Assembly: GCA_050633245.1 (NCBI GenBank)
Contig: JBOEGD010000030.1
Location: 153,419 to 217,418 of the forward strand
Direction: 5' to 3'
DNA length: 64,000 bases
From: Calditrichia bacterium
GTDB taxonomy: Bacteria; Calditrichota; Calditrichia; RBG-13-44-9; J075
In this document: positions 18,676 through 28,581 of the stretch, piece after piece
How the letters are laid out: each line of letters begins with the position of its first letter
Position numbering within the stretch: the first letter of the stretch is position 1
Notes under the pieces: generated by a model
Told to the model about the DNA's origin: nothing
What the model saw: the letters and a program-made list of their open reading frames with translations, nothing else
Database searches by the model: none
Made by a program: the position numbers and the translations under genes

Positions 18676-19077
18676 ATGAAAGTCGCATATGTGTTTGCTT
18701 TACCGCGTTCAGCAAGTTATAAATTAGCTCAAATGATTCTTCCACAGCTTGAGGCAGGAACACATGGTGTTGAAGTTGTCGGAATGTTTTTCTTTGATGA
18801 TAATACCTTTGTTTTGAGTAAGGGTGACCCAGTTGGTGAGCGCTTAGCCAAGGTTGCTAAAGAGAAGAATATTATGCTAATGATGTGTGATATGTGCGCG
18901 TTAGAGAGAAATCTTGCCGAAGGTGAGCCACGTTGGTGTGATAAGGATGGCAAGGGACGAAGCGAGCCGGGTCAAGTTCGCACCGTAAATGTTGTTGATG
19001 GTGTGCATGTTGGCTGTTTTCCGGATCTCTACACGGCGCTTTCCGGGAATATGCCTGACCAGGTGATCACCTTATAA
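18676..19077 (+). CDS. DsrE-related protein, SaoD-like
   Basis: MKVAYVF, ILPQLE, GMFFFDDN, CDMCALER, GCFPDLY...PDQVITL. Confidence 0.75.
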   Translation: MKVAYVFALPRSASYKLAQMILPQLEAGTHGVEVVGMFFFDDNTFVLSKGDPVGERLAKVAKEKNIMLMMCDMCALERNLAEGEPRWCDKDGKGRSEPGQVRTVNVVDGVHVGCFPDLYTALSGNMPDQVITL

Positions 19078-19139
19078 TTGATGATTGATGATTGATAATT
19101 GATGAATGATGAATCATCACTAATAAATCTTCACTCATC
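19077..19139. repeat. Opposed heptamer arrays between convergent genes
   Basis: Five ATTGATG-like units (19077-19111) followed by complementary-type units (aatcatc actaata aatcttc actcatc). Confidence 0.6.
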
Positions 19140-19883
19140 AACTGTAAGTCTGTCCATCGCAATTAAGGTGCCGGCAATTGTTCCGTAGGTTGGGGCTGCA
19201 AACCAGCCGATTATCGGGATAAATAGCAGCAACACGAATCCGGCTCCGATTCCCAAAACATAACCACGGTTTTGTTTAACGAAGTCGATGCTTTGGCGAT
19301 AGCTGAAGCGTCGTCTTTCCAGAGCATAATCTATCAACCCTGCCCCGCCATAATACGATTGAATGCAAAAAATAAGTAATGTGGAAGCAATTGCTCCTGC
19401 TACTGGCACGAAAACCAGTAGCCAGGCCGCTGCTGAAAACGTTGTGCTGAGGGTTAGCCCACGGGCATTGATATATAGCCCGCGTCGCAGATCTCGAAAA
19501 AGTTGTGACATTGAAAATGCCGGAGGTTCTTCTCCATACACCAGCTTTTCAGTGCGCTCAGATAATGACCCTAGAATTGGTGCAAATACTATCAGAATAA
19601 TGTGTTTGTAGGATATAAATATGAGTAGAGCCAATAAAATCCAAAGTAAAACTTGGGTGATGATGCGGGTGGCCTGGTGCTGTAGCGCATCAGGTATCCA
19701 GTTGGCGTTAACATAAGCGGATATATCGTCGAACCAACTTCCACCGATGGTTATTAGAATGCCGATGTAAATGACACTCAATAGTCCGGGTAAAATTAAG
19801 TATGGCCACAGACGATGCTTAAAAATTACGCGATGGGCTCGAAAGTAAGCAGCGAACCCTTTGAATATTCCGGCTATGAACAT
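19131..19883 (-). CDS. EI24/CysZ-family membrane protein
   Basis: APILGSLSERTE, DYALERR, multiple TM helices. Confidence 0.8.
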   Translation of the reverse strand: MFIAGIFKGFAAYFRAHRVIFKHRLWPYLILPGLLSVIYIGILITIGGSWFDDISAYVNANWIPDALQHQATRIITQVLLWILLALLIFISYKHIILIVFAPILGSLSERTEKLVYGEEPPAFSMSQLFRDLRRGLYINARGLTLSTTFSAAAWLLVFVPVAGAIASTLLIFCIQSYYGGAGLIDYALERRRFSYRQSIDFVKQNRGYVLGIGAGFVLLLFIPIIGWFAAPTYGTIAGTLIAMDRLTVDE

Positions 19884-19919
19884 AAGTGTATTCCAAGTTC
19901 TGAGTTTCGGGTTAAGTTA

Positions 19920-19949
19920 AAGGCAATAAGGCAATAAGGCAATAAGGCA
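19920..19949. repeat. Octamer tandem repeat (AAGGCAAT)x3.75
   Basis: Read directly from the sequence. Confidence 0.85.
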
Positions 19950-19990
19950 TATGATCCGCGTCAGACTCGGTATAATGAGAATCGATATGG

Positions 19991-20019
19991 TAGACGAACA
20001 TACTAAATGTTTTGTTTCC
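19991..20019 (-). promoter_or_regulatory. Putative ECF-sigma promoter
   Basis: Minus strand GGAAAC-N17-CGTCTA upstream of the EI24 gene. Confidence 0.45.
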
Positions 20020-20100
20020 AATTCACTGATTGCCTGCAACATTTACTTTACCCACCCGTCTATTGCATATAGATACTTCACACATTATATGGAGAATTCA

Positions 20101-21846
20101 ATGCATTCGAATCATCTTATTAAGAGCATGTTACTATTGCTTATCCTTGCATGTATTCCAATTCTTGCTAAGGGCGAGGCAAAGAAAATTGATAAACTGC
20201 TGCAAAGCTACCACGATATCGGTCAGTTTAATGGAGTGGCCTTGGTTGCCAAAGACGGCAAAATCATCTATGAAAAAGGCTTTGGGATGGCAAACTTTGA
20301 GTGGCAAATTCCGAATACGCCTGATACCAAGTTTCGGATTGGCTCTGTCACAAAGCAGTTTGCCGCTGCTCTAATTTTGCAGCTTGTAGAAGATGGTAAA
20401 GTAGATATTCAAGCCAATATCCGAACCTATATTCCAGACTATCCTGAAAAGACCGGTAACATAATAACCGTTCATCACTTATTGACGCACACATCCGGCA
20501 TTCCGAACTATACCAGTCTTCCGGACTTTCGTAATCACATCCGCAATCCATATACGCCGGATGAGTTTGTTGCTACATTTTCTGAACTTGAGTTGGATTT
20601 TGAGCCGGGGAGCAGCTGGAGCTATAGTAACTCAGGATATTTTCTGCTTGGCGTAATTGTAGAAAAAGTAACCGGCAATAGCTGGGAGGAAGAATTACAA
20701 AGTAGAATTCTAAAGCCACTCGGTATGACCAATAGCGGTTATCAGAATAACGACGATCTAATTTTGCAAATGTCTTCCGGTTATTCAAATACAATTGCTT
20801 CGGTACAGCCAGCAGCGTATTTGGATACCAGTCTTCCCTATGCGGCAGGAATGATGTATTCAACTGTGCATGATATGTTAAAGTGGGACCAGGCGTTGTA
20901 CGGAAATGGGCCTTTTAAAAAAGCGCATACCAAATCGTTGATGTTTACTAAACATGCTGAAGTACCTGGCGATCGTGCAAATCACTATGGCTATGGTTGG
21001 TTTCTTCACACGCTGGAAGTCGGCGATAAAAAAATCGACGTTATTGAACATGCCGGTGGTATTAACGGATTTTCCGCTCGTTTTTGGCGTATGCCGACGG
21101 AACGCGCGACAATCGTTATCTTTGATAACACCGCCAGTGGCGGAACCGGGCAGGCCGTTCGTGATGTTGCAAAAATTATCCACGGTGGTGAAGCAGACAT
21201 GCCTAAGCAGGGAATTGCACGAGCAATGCGCAAAATGATTGAGCAAAAGGGCGTGGAAAAGGCAATTGCACAGTATCATGAGCTGAAAAAAAATAAATCA
21301 GATGCCTATAACTTTGGGGAAGGTGAACTTAATCGTCTTGGGTATTATTATCTTGGTAACAAAGAAACCGGAACAGCAATTGCCGTTTTTAAGCTAAACG
21401 TCGAGGTTCATCCGGATGCATCAAACCCTTATGATAGTCTGGGCGAGGCCTATATGGCAGCCGGGCAAAATGACTTGGCTATTGTCAACTATAAGAAGGC
21501 GCTGGAATTAAATCCCGGTATGGGCAGTGCTATTTCTGCACTGGAAAAGCTCGGTGTGAAAATGGAGGACCCGACCGTTGAGGTTCCAGATGAAGTCTTG
21601 ACTTCTTATGTCGGTGTTTATGAAATGCAGCCGGGTGTTAATATGACGATCACCAAAAATGAGCAGCAATTAAGCGCTCAGTTAACCGGTCAGCCTGCGC
21701 TGGAGATTTTTCCCTCTACTGAAAACGATTTTTTTCTTAAGGCCGTGAATGCGAGATTGGTTTTTACGCGTGAAGGCGACAAACCTGCTTCGCAGGTGAC
21801 CCTGCATCAAGGTGGTCGTACGGCTGAGATGAAGCGAATAAAATAA
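20101..21846 (+). CDS. Secreted class C beta-lactamase-like serine hydrolase + TPR + DUF3471-like domain
   Basis: Signal peptide, SVTK (SxxK), YSN, HAGG, TPR YDSLGEAY, C-terminal YVGVY domain. Confidence 0.88.
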   Translation: MHSNHLIKSMLLLLILACIPILAKGEAKKIDKLLQSYHDIGQFNGVALVAKDGKIIYEKGFGMANFEWQIPNTPDTKFRIGSVTKQFAAALILQLVEDGKVDIQANIRTYIPDYPEKTGNIITVHHLLTHTSGIPNYTSLPDFRNHIRNPYTPDEFVATFSELELDFEPGSSWSYSNSGYFLLGVIVEKVTGNSWEEELQSRILKPLGMTNSGYQNNDDLILQMSSGYSNTIASVQPAAYLDTSLPYAAGMMYSTVHDMLKWDQALYGNGPFKKAHTKSLMFTKHAEVPGDRANHYGYGWFLHTLEVGDKKIDVIEHAGGINGFSARFWRMPTERATIVIFDNTASGGTGQAVRDVAKIIHGGEADMPKQGIARAMRKMIEQKGVEKAIAQYHELKKNKSDAYNFGEGELNRLGYYYLGNKETGTAIAVFKLNVEVHPDASNPYDSLGEAYMAAGQNDLAIVNYKKALELNPGMGSAISALEKLGVKMEDPTVEVPDEVLTSYVGVYEMQPGVNMTITKNEQQLSAQLTGQPALEIFPSTENDFFLKAVNARLVFTREGDKPASQVTLHQGGRTAEMKRIK

Positions 21847-21863
21847 CTTCTTGTTGTTCTATT

Positions 21864-21897
21864 TAGCGGTTCCTGAATGTGGAACCGCTATTTTTTT
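21864..21897 (+). terminator. Intrinsic terminator
   Basis: tagcggttcc-tgaatgt-ggaaccgcta-ttttttt. Confidence 0.8.
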
Positions 21898-22154
21898 AGG
21901 GCCTTATTGATCTCTTGCAGCGTGGGTTCATTACCCTCTGTTGTCTCCGATAAAACCTTACCGAATTGCTCAATAAGCTCTGTACTGTCTTTACCTTGAA
22001 GTCGGCGATTCATCCATGCGATGGTTTCATCTTGCATAACCGCTGTTCTTAGCCAATGATTTACCAGGCTGTTAAATGAAATATTGTTTTTCTTAGCCAG
22101 GCGCATTGCTTTTTCTTTTAACTCGTCTGGAATGCGTATAGACATTGCACTCAT
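21888..22154 (-). CDS. Ribbon-helix-helix putative antitoxin
   Basis: MSAMSIRIPDELKEKAMRLAKKNNISFNSLV (RHH pattern); downstream of the PIN gene. Confidence 0.75.
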   Translation of the reverse strand: MSAMSIRIPDELKEKAMRLAKKNNISFNSLVNHWLRTAVMQDETIAWMNRRLQGKDSTELIEQFGKVLSETTEGNEPTLQEINKALKK

Positions 22155-22168
22155 AGTTTGAACTCCTT

Positions 22169-22603
22169 CTATAAATAACTGTCACAGAAACCTTTCGGCG
22201 ACATAATAACAAGCTCGGGAAATTTAAGGTCACCATACAAAAAGTCTCTTAAATTTTTGGTTACCAAAACAGCACCTGTTGTTATTGCTGCCTCTAAAAC
22301 AAAATTATCTGCTTCATCCTCAAGGTTTGGTCTCCATAGATAATGATCTCTTGCTTTATATGCTAAGGCTATGAGAGCATCCAAGATTATTTCAACCTGC
22401 GATTCATTTAAATTAATCAGATTTAGAATCGCGGGTCTATTTAGAACTGACTCATACTCCAACAGTAGCTTATATGTTATTGCTATTGGGATTCGTTGGT
22501 TTTGTATGTTTGCCAATAGTTTATAACTGACAGATTCTTCTCTTCTACAAAGCCCGGAGACCAGAACATTTGTGTCTAGAATAATTAATGGTATCGTATT
22601 CAA
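22169..22603 (-). CDS. PIN-domain putative toxin (VapC-like, PIN_3 type)
   Basis: ILDTNVLVS, LEYE, WRPNLEDEADNFVLEAA, TKNLRDF. Confidence 0.88.
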   Translation of the reverse strand: MNTIPLIILDTNVLVSGLCRREESVSYKLLANIQNQRIPIAITYKLLLEYESVLNRPAILNLINLNESQVEIILDALIALAYKARDHYLWRPNLEDEADNFVLEAAITTGAVLVTKNLRDFLYGDLKFPELVIMSPKGFCDSYL

Positions 22604-22939
22604 TGTTCATTACCTGATCAATGTCTGATACCGTATATAATACCATTGTGCATTAAATGTCAAGAAAAAGGTTCATAATGATGTATTCGGTTTGCCCGCT
22701 TTAGAATTGTTTGCGATTTATTAGCACACTAGATGGACTATCAATCGCTATATTTCATATCTTGAGATAAAGAAAAAATAACTCTAGTAGAAGGCTTGAG
22801 AGGTTCTTTGGGTTGCTTATGCTCTTCTTTACTTGTATTGGCCCTTAAAATAATTTATAGTAGGTATTACCGTTTACAAATGAATCCTAATCTCAAGTCC
22901 ATCAACTGACAAAGAACCAATTAAGTTTCTCCCAATAAC

Positions 22940-23854
22940 ATGACTGGATTTTGCATGTCTATTAAAGCCCTTCGCACCCCCGACAGCCAGTTTCAAAACT
23001 TGCCCGGCTATAACTTTCAACCCAACTATTGCGATGTCGATGACCTGCGCATGCATTATGTTGATGAAAACCCCGATGGTGACGAGACGGTCGTTATGCT
23101 TCATGGCGAACCGTCCTGGAGCTATTTGTACCGCAAAATGATTCCACGTTTTGCTGCCGCTGGACATCGCGCAATTGCTCCGGATCTGATTGGATTCGGC
23201 CGCTCGGACAAACCGGAAAAGCAAGAAGACTATACCTATCAAAAACATATTGACTGGATGAAAGCACTGCTCTTTGAGCACCTCAATTTGCAGGATATTA
23301 CCTTGTTTGTGCAGGACTGGGGTGGGCTGATTGGATTACGATTAGTCGCTGAAAATCCGGAAAAATTTAAACGTTTGGTGATCGCAAATACGTTTCTTCC
23401 GACTGGTGACCAGGGAGCTAATGACGCATTTATGCAGTGGCAAAAGCTAAGTCAAACTATTGAAATATTTGATGTTGGGAGAATAATCAATAAAGCAACA
23501 GTAAGCCCACTTTCTCCTGAAGTTATCGCTGCATACGATTCTCCCTTCCCTGATGAGAGGTATAAGTCTGGTGCGCGCATATTTCCGATGCTTGTGCCTA
23601 TTACTCCTGATAATCCCGCGTCTGCAAGTAATCGCGCAGCTTGGCAGAAACTGGTAACATTTGATAAACCGGTGCTTACCTTATTCAGTGATAAAGATCC
23701 GATAATGTCTGGTTTAGATCGAATCTTTCAGTCGAAACTACCGGGCGCGGCTGGTCAGCCTCATGACACGATTCGCGACGCCGGACACTTTCTTCAGGAA
23801 GACAAGGGCGAAGAAATCGCCGATAAAATAACAGCCTTTATTGCCGCCTCATAA
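22940..23854 (+). CDS. Haloalkane dehalogenase
   Basis: HGEPSWSYLYRKM, nucleophile motif QDWGG, GHFLQED. Confidence 0.92.
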   Translation: MTGFCMSIKALRTPDSQFQNLPGYNFQPNYCDVDDLRMHYVDENPDGDETVVMLHGEPSWSYLYRKMIPRFAAAGHRAIAPDLIGFGRSDKPEKQEDYTYQKHIDWMKALLFEHLNLQDITLFVQDWGGLIGLRLVAENPEKFKRLVIANTFLPTGDQGANDAFMQWQKLSQTIEIFDVGRIINKATVSPLSPEVIAAYDSPFPDERYKSGARIFPMLVPITPDNPASASNRAAWQKLVTFDKPVLTLFSDKDPIMSGLDRIFQSKLPGAAGQPHDTIRDAGHFLQEDKGEEIADKITAFIAAS

Positions 23855-24097
23855 TCGTTTTTGGTGCGGGCATTTCTTCTAAAAATGCCTGCTCCTTTTG
23901 CATCCCTTCTTATCTTCCTGCAAGATGTCCCGCATAAAAAGTTAACTTTTTCTTAAAGTCGCCAACTTCGTTGCCGAAACACTAAGTATACCGATCTTTC
24001 TATCCGGGAGAAATCCCACCCCATTGAAAATTTCAATGAAATTGTCCTTTGACTTCTGCAGGCTTTCTGTGCAGATAAATGCATGTAAAACTGGAAA

Positions 24098-24781
24098 GTG
24101 CCCCGTTCTATGTTTTCACGGCGTCCACTATATCTATTTCTTATGCTGGTATTTTTTATACCGGCCTGTAGTTCTGACCGAGAATTGCCAGAGGAGCGCT
24201 TGCCCTATTTCTCCGATTCAGACTTTACACCTCAGTGGATAGATTCGCGCCATGGAATTGAGGGATCCGTTCACAGAGTGAAAGACCTGTCCTTTTACAA
24301 TCAATTTGATGAGATGGTTACAGATCGAAACGTTTCGAAGAAAATTTACGTCGCCGGCTTTTTTGATCTTCAATGTCGAACGTTTTGCCGGGTTGTTTCA
24401 AAAAACATGCAGAAAATTCAAGAGGCTTTTTCAAGTGATGAACATGTGAAGTTGCTGTCCCATTGTGTCAGTGTTGGAGTTCAGTCTGCTGAGCTACGCC
24501 GCTATGCGAATAGTTATAATGCAATAGAAGGAAAATGGCATTTTCTTCATGGTTCAGCGGAAGCCGTTCAGCAACATTCTCAGTCCGCCTATTTGCTGGA
24601 CAAGCGAATGTTGTTAATTGAGCAACCGCATCGTGAGCAGCATCCGGAGCGATTGATTTTAGTAGATCAATCGGGATATATCAGAGGTGTTTATAGCGGT
24701 ACAATTACTGGAGATATTCAGAGGATTATCGAGGATATTCATATCCTTAAAAAGGAGTTTGGGAATGAAGAAAAAAAATGA
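24098..24781 (+). CDS. SCO family copper-chaperone lipoprotein
   Basis: FFDLQCRTFC (CxxxC), KWHFL, ILVDQSGYIRGVY. Confidence 0.82.
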   Translation: MPRSMFSRRPLYLFLMLVFFIPACSSDRELPEERLPYFSDSDFTPQWIDSRHGIEGSVHRVKDLSFYNQFDEMVTDRNVSKKIYVAGFFDLQCRTFCRVVSKNMQKIQEAFSSDEHVKLLSHCVSVGVQSAELRRYANSYNAIEGKWHFLHGSAEAVQQHSQSAYLLDKRMLLIEQPHREQHPERLILVDQSGYIRGVYSGTITGDIQRIIEDIHILKKEFGNEEKK

Positions 24782-25409
24782 CAAGCGATCTCATATGCTT
24801 CTTTCGCCATTGGTTATAGCTGCCTTTTTGGTGGGGTTGGTTGGAGTATATACCTTTTGTGAATTGGTTGAACAGCCGGATGAGGCAGACCTGCAGGTGC
24901 CGAATATTATGGTAAATTGGCAGGATCCTCTTGTGAAAATCGAGCGTGGACTGGTTTTTTACAACAACATGTTGTTTTCAGGACGACTATTTCAGCGAAC
25001 CGGGCAGGGAGCTCCGATTTCTGAAGAGCGATATCTAAACGGTCTGCGACATGGAATTTCAAGACGATGGCACGCAGGTGGAATGTTGGCATATGTGCAT
25101 CAATATGAGTTTGGCAAGAAGCAGGGCGAGCAAGTTGGCTGGTGGCGAAACGGGAATGCCCGCTATCGCTACAGTTATGTGGACAACCTGCAGCATGGAA
25201 AATCGATAGAGTATCATCAGCATGGAGATCCGTCGCGGGTCTCAAATTTTGACAACGGTATAGAAAATGGATATCAGCGCAACTGGGATATCGATGGATT
25301 CTTGACGGCAAATTATTTCGTTAAAGGTGGCCGGCGATATGGCCAGGTTGTAATCAATCGATTTCACAGTGGCGAATTGACACAGCTAGCGGCGAATGTG
25401 CGGAAATAG
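24765..25409 (+). CDS. MORN-variant repeat (YwqK-like) membrane-anchored protein
   Basis: Repeated Y.NG..HG....W...G units; overlaps the SCO stop. Confidence 0.75.
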   Translation: MKKKNDKRSHMLLSPLVIAAFLVGLVGVYTFCELVEQPDEADLQVPNIMVNWQDPLVKIERGLVFYNNMLFSGRLFQRTGQGAPISEERYLNGLRHGISRRWHAGGMLAYVHQYEFGKKQGEQVGWWRNGNARYRYSYVDNLQHGKSIEYHQHGDPSRVSNFDNGIENGYQRNWDIDGFLTANYFVKGGRRYGQVVINRFHSGELTQLAANVRK

Positions 25410-25440
25410 ATAGCGGGACACCGTCATACTTTGCCCCTGA

Positions 25441-25471
25441 ATACCTCCCGGAAGTTTCGGGAGGTATTTTT
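25441..25471 (+). terminator. Intrinsic terminator
   Basis: atacctcccg-gaagttt-cgggaggtat-tttt. Confidence 0.8.
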
Positions 25472-25488
25472 ATAAATATATTTTTTTC

Positions 25489-25517
25489 TTGACAGACCAG
25501 AAATTGTACCATAGTTT
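25489..25517 (+). promoter_or_regulatory. Sigma70-type promoter for the csp gene, giving a ~100-nt 5' UTR
   Basis: TTGACA-N17-TAGTTT. Confidence 0.55.
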
Positions 25518-25620
25518 GTGGAACCTTCTAGGAATTCCAGCCTGCAAACCATTTTCAGTCTAGAATCATCTGAGAAGTATAATCAAGTTATATGTAAGTT
25601 TATTTTTGTAAGGAGCAGTA

Positions 25621-25833
25621 ATGTCAGAACGAGTAACAGGTGTTGTAAAGTGGTTTAACGCCACCAAAGGTTTCGGTTTTATTTCAAATGCGGATGGTGA
25701 AGATTTGTTTGTTCACTATACAAACATTCGTGAAAGCGGTGGCTTCCGTTCGCTGGAAGAAGGACAGGAAGTAGAATTTACGATCGGCGAAGGCAAAAAA
25801 GGTCTTCAAGCACAGGATGTAGTCGCTCTGTAA
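25621..25833 (+). CDS. Cold-shock protein
   Basis: [15 protein letters not shown] (RNP1), LFVHY (RNP2). Confidence 0.97.
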   Translation: MSERVTGVVKWFNATKGFGFISNADGEDLFVHYTNIRESGGFRSLEEGQEVEFTIGEGKKGLQAQDVVAL

Positions 25834-25865
25834 ATTTTATTCTGAACGACACTCGACAACAATTC

Positions 25866-25902
25866 GGGGCGTGCGCTTAATCAGCGCACGCCCCTTTTTT
25901 TT
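25866..25902 (+). terminator. Intrinsic terminator
   Basis: ggggcgtgcgct-taatc-agcgcacgcccc-tttttttt. Confidence 0.92.
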
Positions 25903-25976
25903 GTACTGTATTTCAATATTTATATACGTTTGGAGTCTTGTTATGGAGGGTCACAAGACATTGGCTTGTTTTCCAT

Positions 25977-26001
25977 GAGACGCAAAACATTGCGCCTTTA
26001 C
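25977..26001. repeat. Degenerate REP-like palindrome
   Basis: gagacgcaaaacattgcgcctttac. An octamer repeat (cccgtcac) follows at ~26021-26040. Confidence 0.35.
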
Positions 26002-26099
26002 AATGTATGTGCTAGCTTCGCCCGTCACCCCGTCACCCCGATTTGCCTTATCGTTGATAATCTCTTAAACTCTAATAACCCAAAATCAACGAGGTAACC

Positions 26100-26510
26100 A
26101 TGTCCGCTTTTTATATTAAACTATACCTTCTTACCGTGCCGGTTTTTTTCGCTATCGATTTACTTTGGTTGGGGAGCCTGGCGAAAAGCTTTTACAATAC
26201 ACACCTCGCAAATTTCCTGGCGCCATCAGTTAACTGGACTGCCGCAATGACGTTCTATCTTCTTTATATTGTCGGAATTCTTATCTTCGCTGTTGTTCCC
26301 GCACTTGAAAAAGAATCGTTGCTGCGCGCTGCTGTTTTAGGGAGCCTGTTTGGCTTTTTTACCTATGCGACATACGATCTTACTAATCTTGCTACATTAA
26401 AGGATTGGCCGATTATTGTTGTTTTTGTGGATGTCGTTTGGGGCACTGTTTTATGCGCTGCCGTAGCATCTGCAAGTTATTTGATAGGGTCGTGGTTACA
26501 AACGGTTTAA
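26100..26510 (+). CDS. DUF2177 family membrane protein
   Basis: IDLLWLG, YATYDLTNLATLKDWP, DVVWG. Confidence 0.85.
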   Translation: MSAFYIKLYLLTVPVFFAIDLLWLGSLAKSFYNTHLANFLAPSVNWTAAMTFYLLYIVGILIFAVVPALEKESLLRAAVLGSLFGFFTYATYDLTNLATLKDWPIIVVFVDVVWGTVLCAAVASASYLIGSWLQTV

Positions 26511-26681
26511 CGTATCATTTTATAAACTGTTAGCTCCTGCTGCAAAAGCTGTGTAACTTATGTACTTGCATGAAAGTAGATACTAACATGTGGTTAAAAT
26601 CTGAACGTCAAATATGTAATTCCGCATTTCTTTCCCTCTAGGTAAATAAATCGGCTTTTGCAGCATCAATAGGAAACAACT

Positions 26682-28481
26682 ATGTCTGAGGAATTAAATC
26701 CGACGATCGCTTTCCGCGATCTAAACTTACCCGACGCCGTTCTAAAAGCATTGGACGCGGTAGGGTATGAGATCCCAACACCAATCCAGGCGCAAACAAT
26801 ACCGCTCTTTTTGGATGGACAGGATATCATTGGACAAGCGCAGACCGGTACAGGAAAAACAGCCGCGTTTGCACTACCGGTACTAACAAATATAAATCTG
26901 AAACAAAGGGCACCACAAGCGCTTATTCTTACGCCAACTCGCGAGCTTGGTATACAGGTGGCCGAGGCCTTTCAAAAATACTCTGCCCACATGAAGAATT
27001 TTAGCGTTCTGCCGATTTACGGTGGTCAAAGCTATACTATTCAACTAAAGCAGTTAAAGCGTGGCCCGCATGTTATTGTGGGAACACCCGGAAGAATAAT
27101 GGATCATATGCGTCGTGGTACGCTTAATCTGAGCACTCTAAATACGCTTATTTTGGATGAGGCAGATGAAATGCTTCGCATGGGCTTTATTGATGACGTC
27201 GAATGGATTCTCGATCAGGTTCCGGAAAACCGTCAAATCGGACTATTTTCTGCCACAATGCCTCGTGAAATTCGCCGCATTGCGCAAAAATATCTGCATG
27301 ATCCGAAAGAAATCACTGTAAAAATGAAGACTACCACTGCGTCGACTATTCGTCAGCGCTATTGGGTCGTTAGTGGATTTCATAAGCTGGATGCACTTAC
27401 CCGGATTCTGGAATCCGAGCCTTTTGATGGTATTATTGTTTTTGTGCGGACCAGGAATGCAACCACGGAACTTAGCGAAAAGCTACAAGCCCGTGGCTAT
27501 GATGCAGCTGCCCTGAGTGGCGAAATGCAGCAAAACCAGCGAGAGCGCACGGTCGATCGCCTGCGAAAAGGACAACTTGATATTCTGGTTGCTACTGATG
27601 TTGCTGCTCGCGGTTTGGATGTTGAGCGAATTAGCCACGTTATTAATTATGATATGCCTTCCGGAACCGAGCCGTATGTGCACCGCGTAGGTCGTACCGG
27701 ACGCGCTGGACGTGAGGGTGAGGCCATCCTGTTTGTGGCACCCCGCGAGAAGCGCTTATTGTTTGCTATTGAGCGAGCGACACGCCAAAAGATAGAACCG
27801 ATGGAAATGCCGTCTGCCGATACGATTAACAATAAACGTATTCAGCGCTTTAAGCAGCGAATTACAGACGTTCTTGCAGCCGAAGACCTCGATAAATATT
27901 ATGAAATCATGGAGCAATTCGAACAGGAATACAATGTTCCGGCTCTGGTAATTGCCGCAGCGCTTGGTAAGATGGTTCAAGGTGATGAGCCGTTGCTGAT
28001 AAAAGACAAGCCACGTAAGTCTCGCACTTTTGAGCGCGATGGAAGAGATCGCGATAGAAAGGGCCGACGTTCTGAGCGCGGTTTTGAAAAAGGTGGAGAC
28101 AAGAAGTTTTCCAAGCGCGAAAAACGAGACTCTGTGCCGGATGCCGGTATGGAACGATTTCGTTTGGACGTTGGCCATGATGACGGTGTTAAACCAGGCA
28201 ATATCGTTGGTGCCATCGCAAATGAAATAGGTCTGGAAAGTCGCTATATCGGCCGGATTAATATCTTTGACGATTTCGCAACCGTAGACCTTCCGTCTAA
28301 TATGCCCAAAGCCTTACTGGATACGCTAAAACATGTACGCGTTGCCGGCAGAAAGATGAATGCTTCGCGCTATGAAGGTGATGCGAAGCCGCCTCGTCGC
28401 TCTGGTGATGATAAGCCCAGACGTAAGGAAAAAAAGAAGTTTAAGCCCAAGAAGGTGAAGAGTAAAAAGAAATCGTCGTAA
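26682..28481 (+). CDS. deaD: DEAD-box RNA helicase DeaD/CsdA
   Basis: AQTGTGKT, PTREL, DEADEM, SAT, ARGLD, HRVGRTGR, DbpA-type RNA-binding domain (PGNIVGAIANE). Confidence 0.93.
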   Translation: MSEELNPTIAFRDLNLPDAVLKALDAVGYEIPTPIQAQTIPLFLDGQDIIGQAQTGTGKTAAFALPVLTNINLKQRAPQALILTPTRELGIQVAEAFQKYSAHMKNFSVLPIYGGQSYTIQLKQLKRGPHVIVGTPGRIMDHMRRGTLNLSTLNTLILDEADEMLRMGFIDDVEWILDQVPENRQIGLFSATMPREIRRIAQKYLHDPKEITVKMKTTTASTIRQRYWVVSGFHKLDALTRILESEPFDGIIVFVRTRNATTELSEKLQARGYDAAALSGEMQQNQRERTVDRLRKGQLDILVATDVAARGLDVERISHVINYDMPSGTEPYVHRVGRTGRAGREGEAILFVAPREKRLLFAIERATRQKIEPMEMPSADTINNKRIQRFKQRITDVLAAEDLDKYYEIMEQFEQEYNVPALVIAAALGKMVQGDEPLLIKDKPRKSRTFERDGRDRDRKGRRSERGFEKGGDKKFSKREKRDSVPDAGMERFRLDVGHDDGVKPGNIVGAIANEIGLESRYIGRINIFDDFATVDLPSNMPKALLDTLKHVRVAGRKMNASRYEGDAKPPRRSGDDKPRRKEKKKFKPKKVKSKKKSS

Positions 28482-28581
28482 ACGGTGAACGGTGAAAAAT
28501 TTGATAGCAATAGATTGATGTCTAAACACCGTTTCTTTTTGTTCCTGATACCTGTCCCCGGACTCCTGATTTGGAGCAACT

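Noticed and set aside
19951-20100. Longer N-terminus for the serine hydrolase
   Set aside because: The GGAGA RBS and signal peptide point to ATG 20101. The upstream part overlaps the divergent promoter region.
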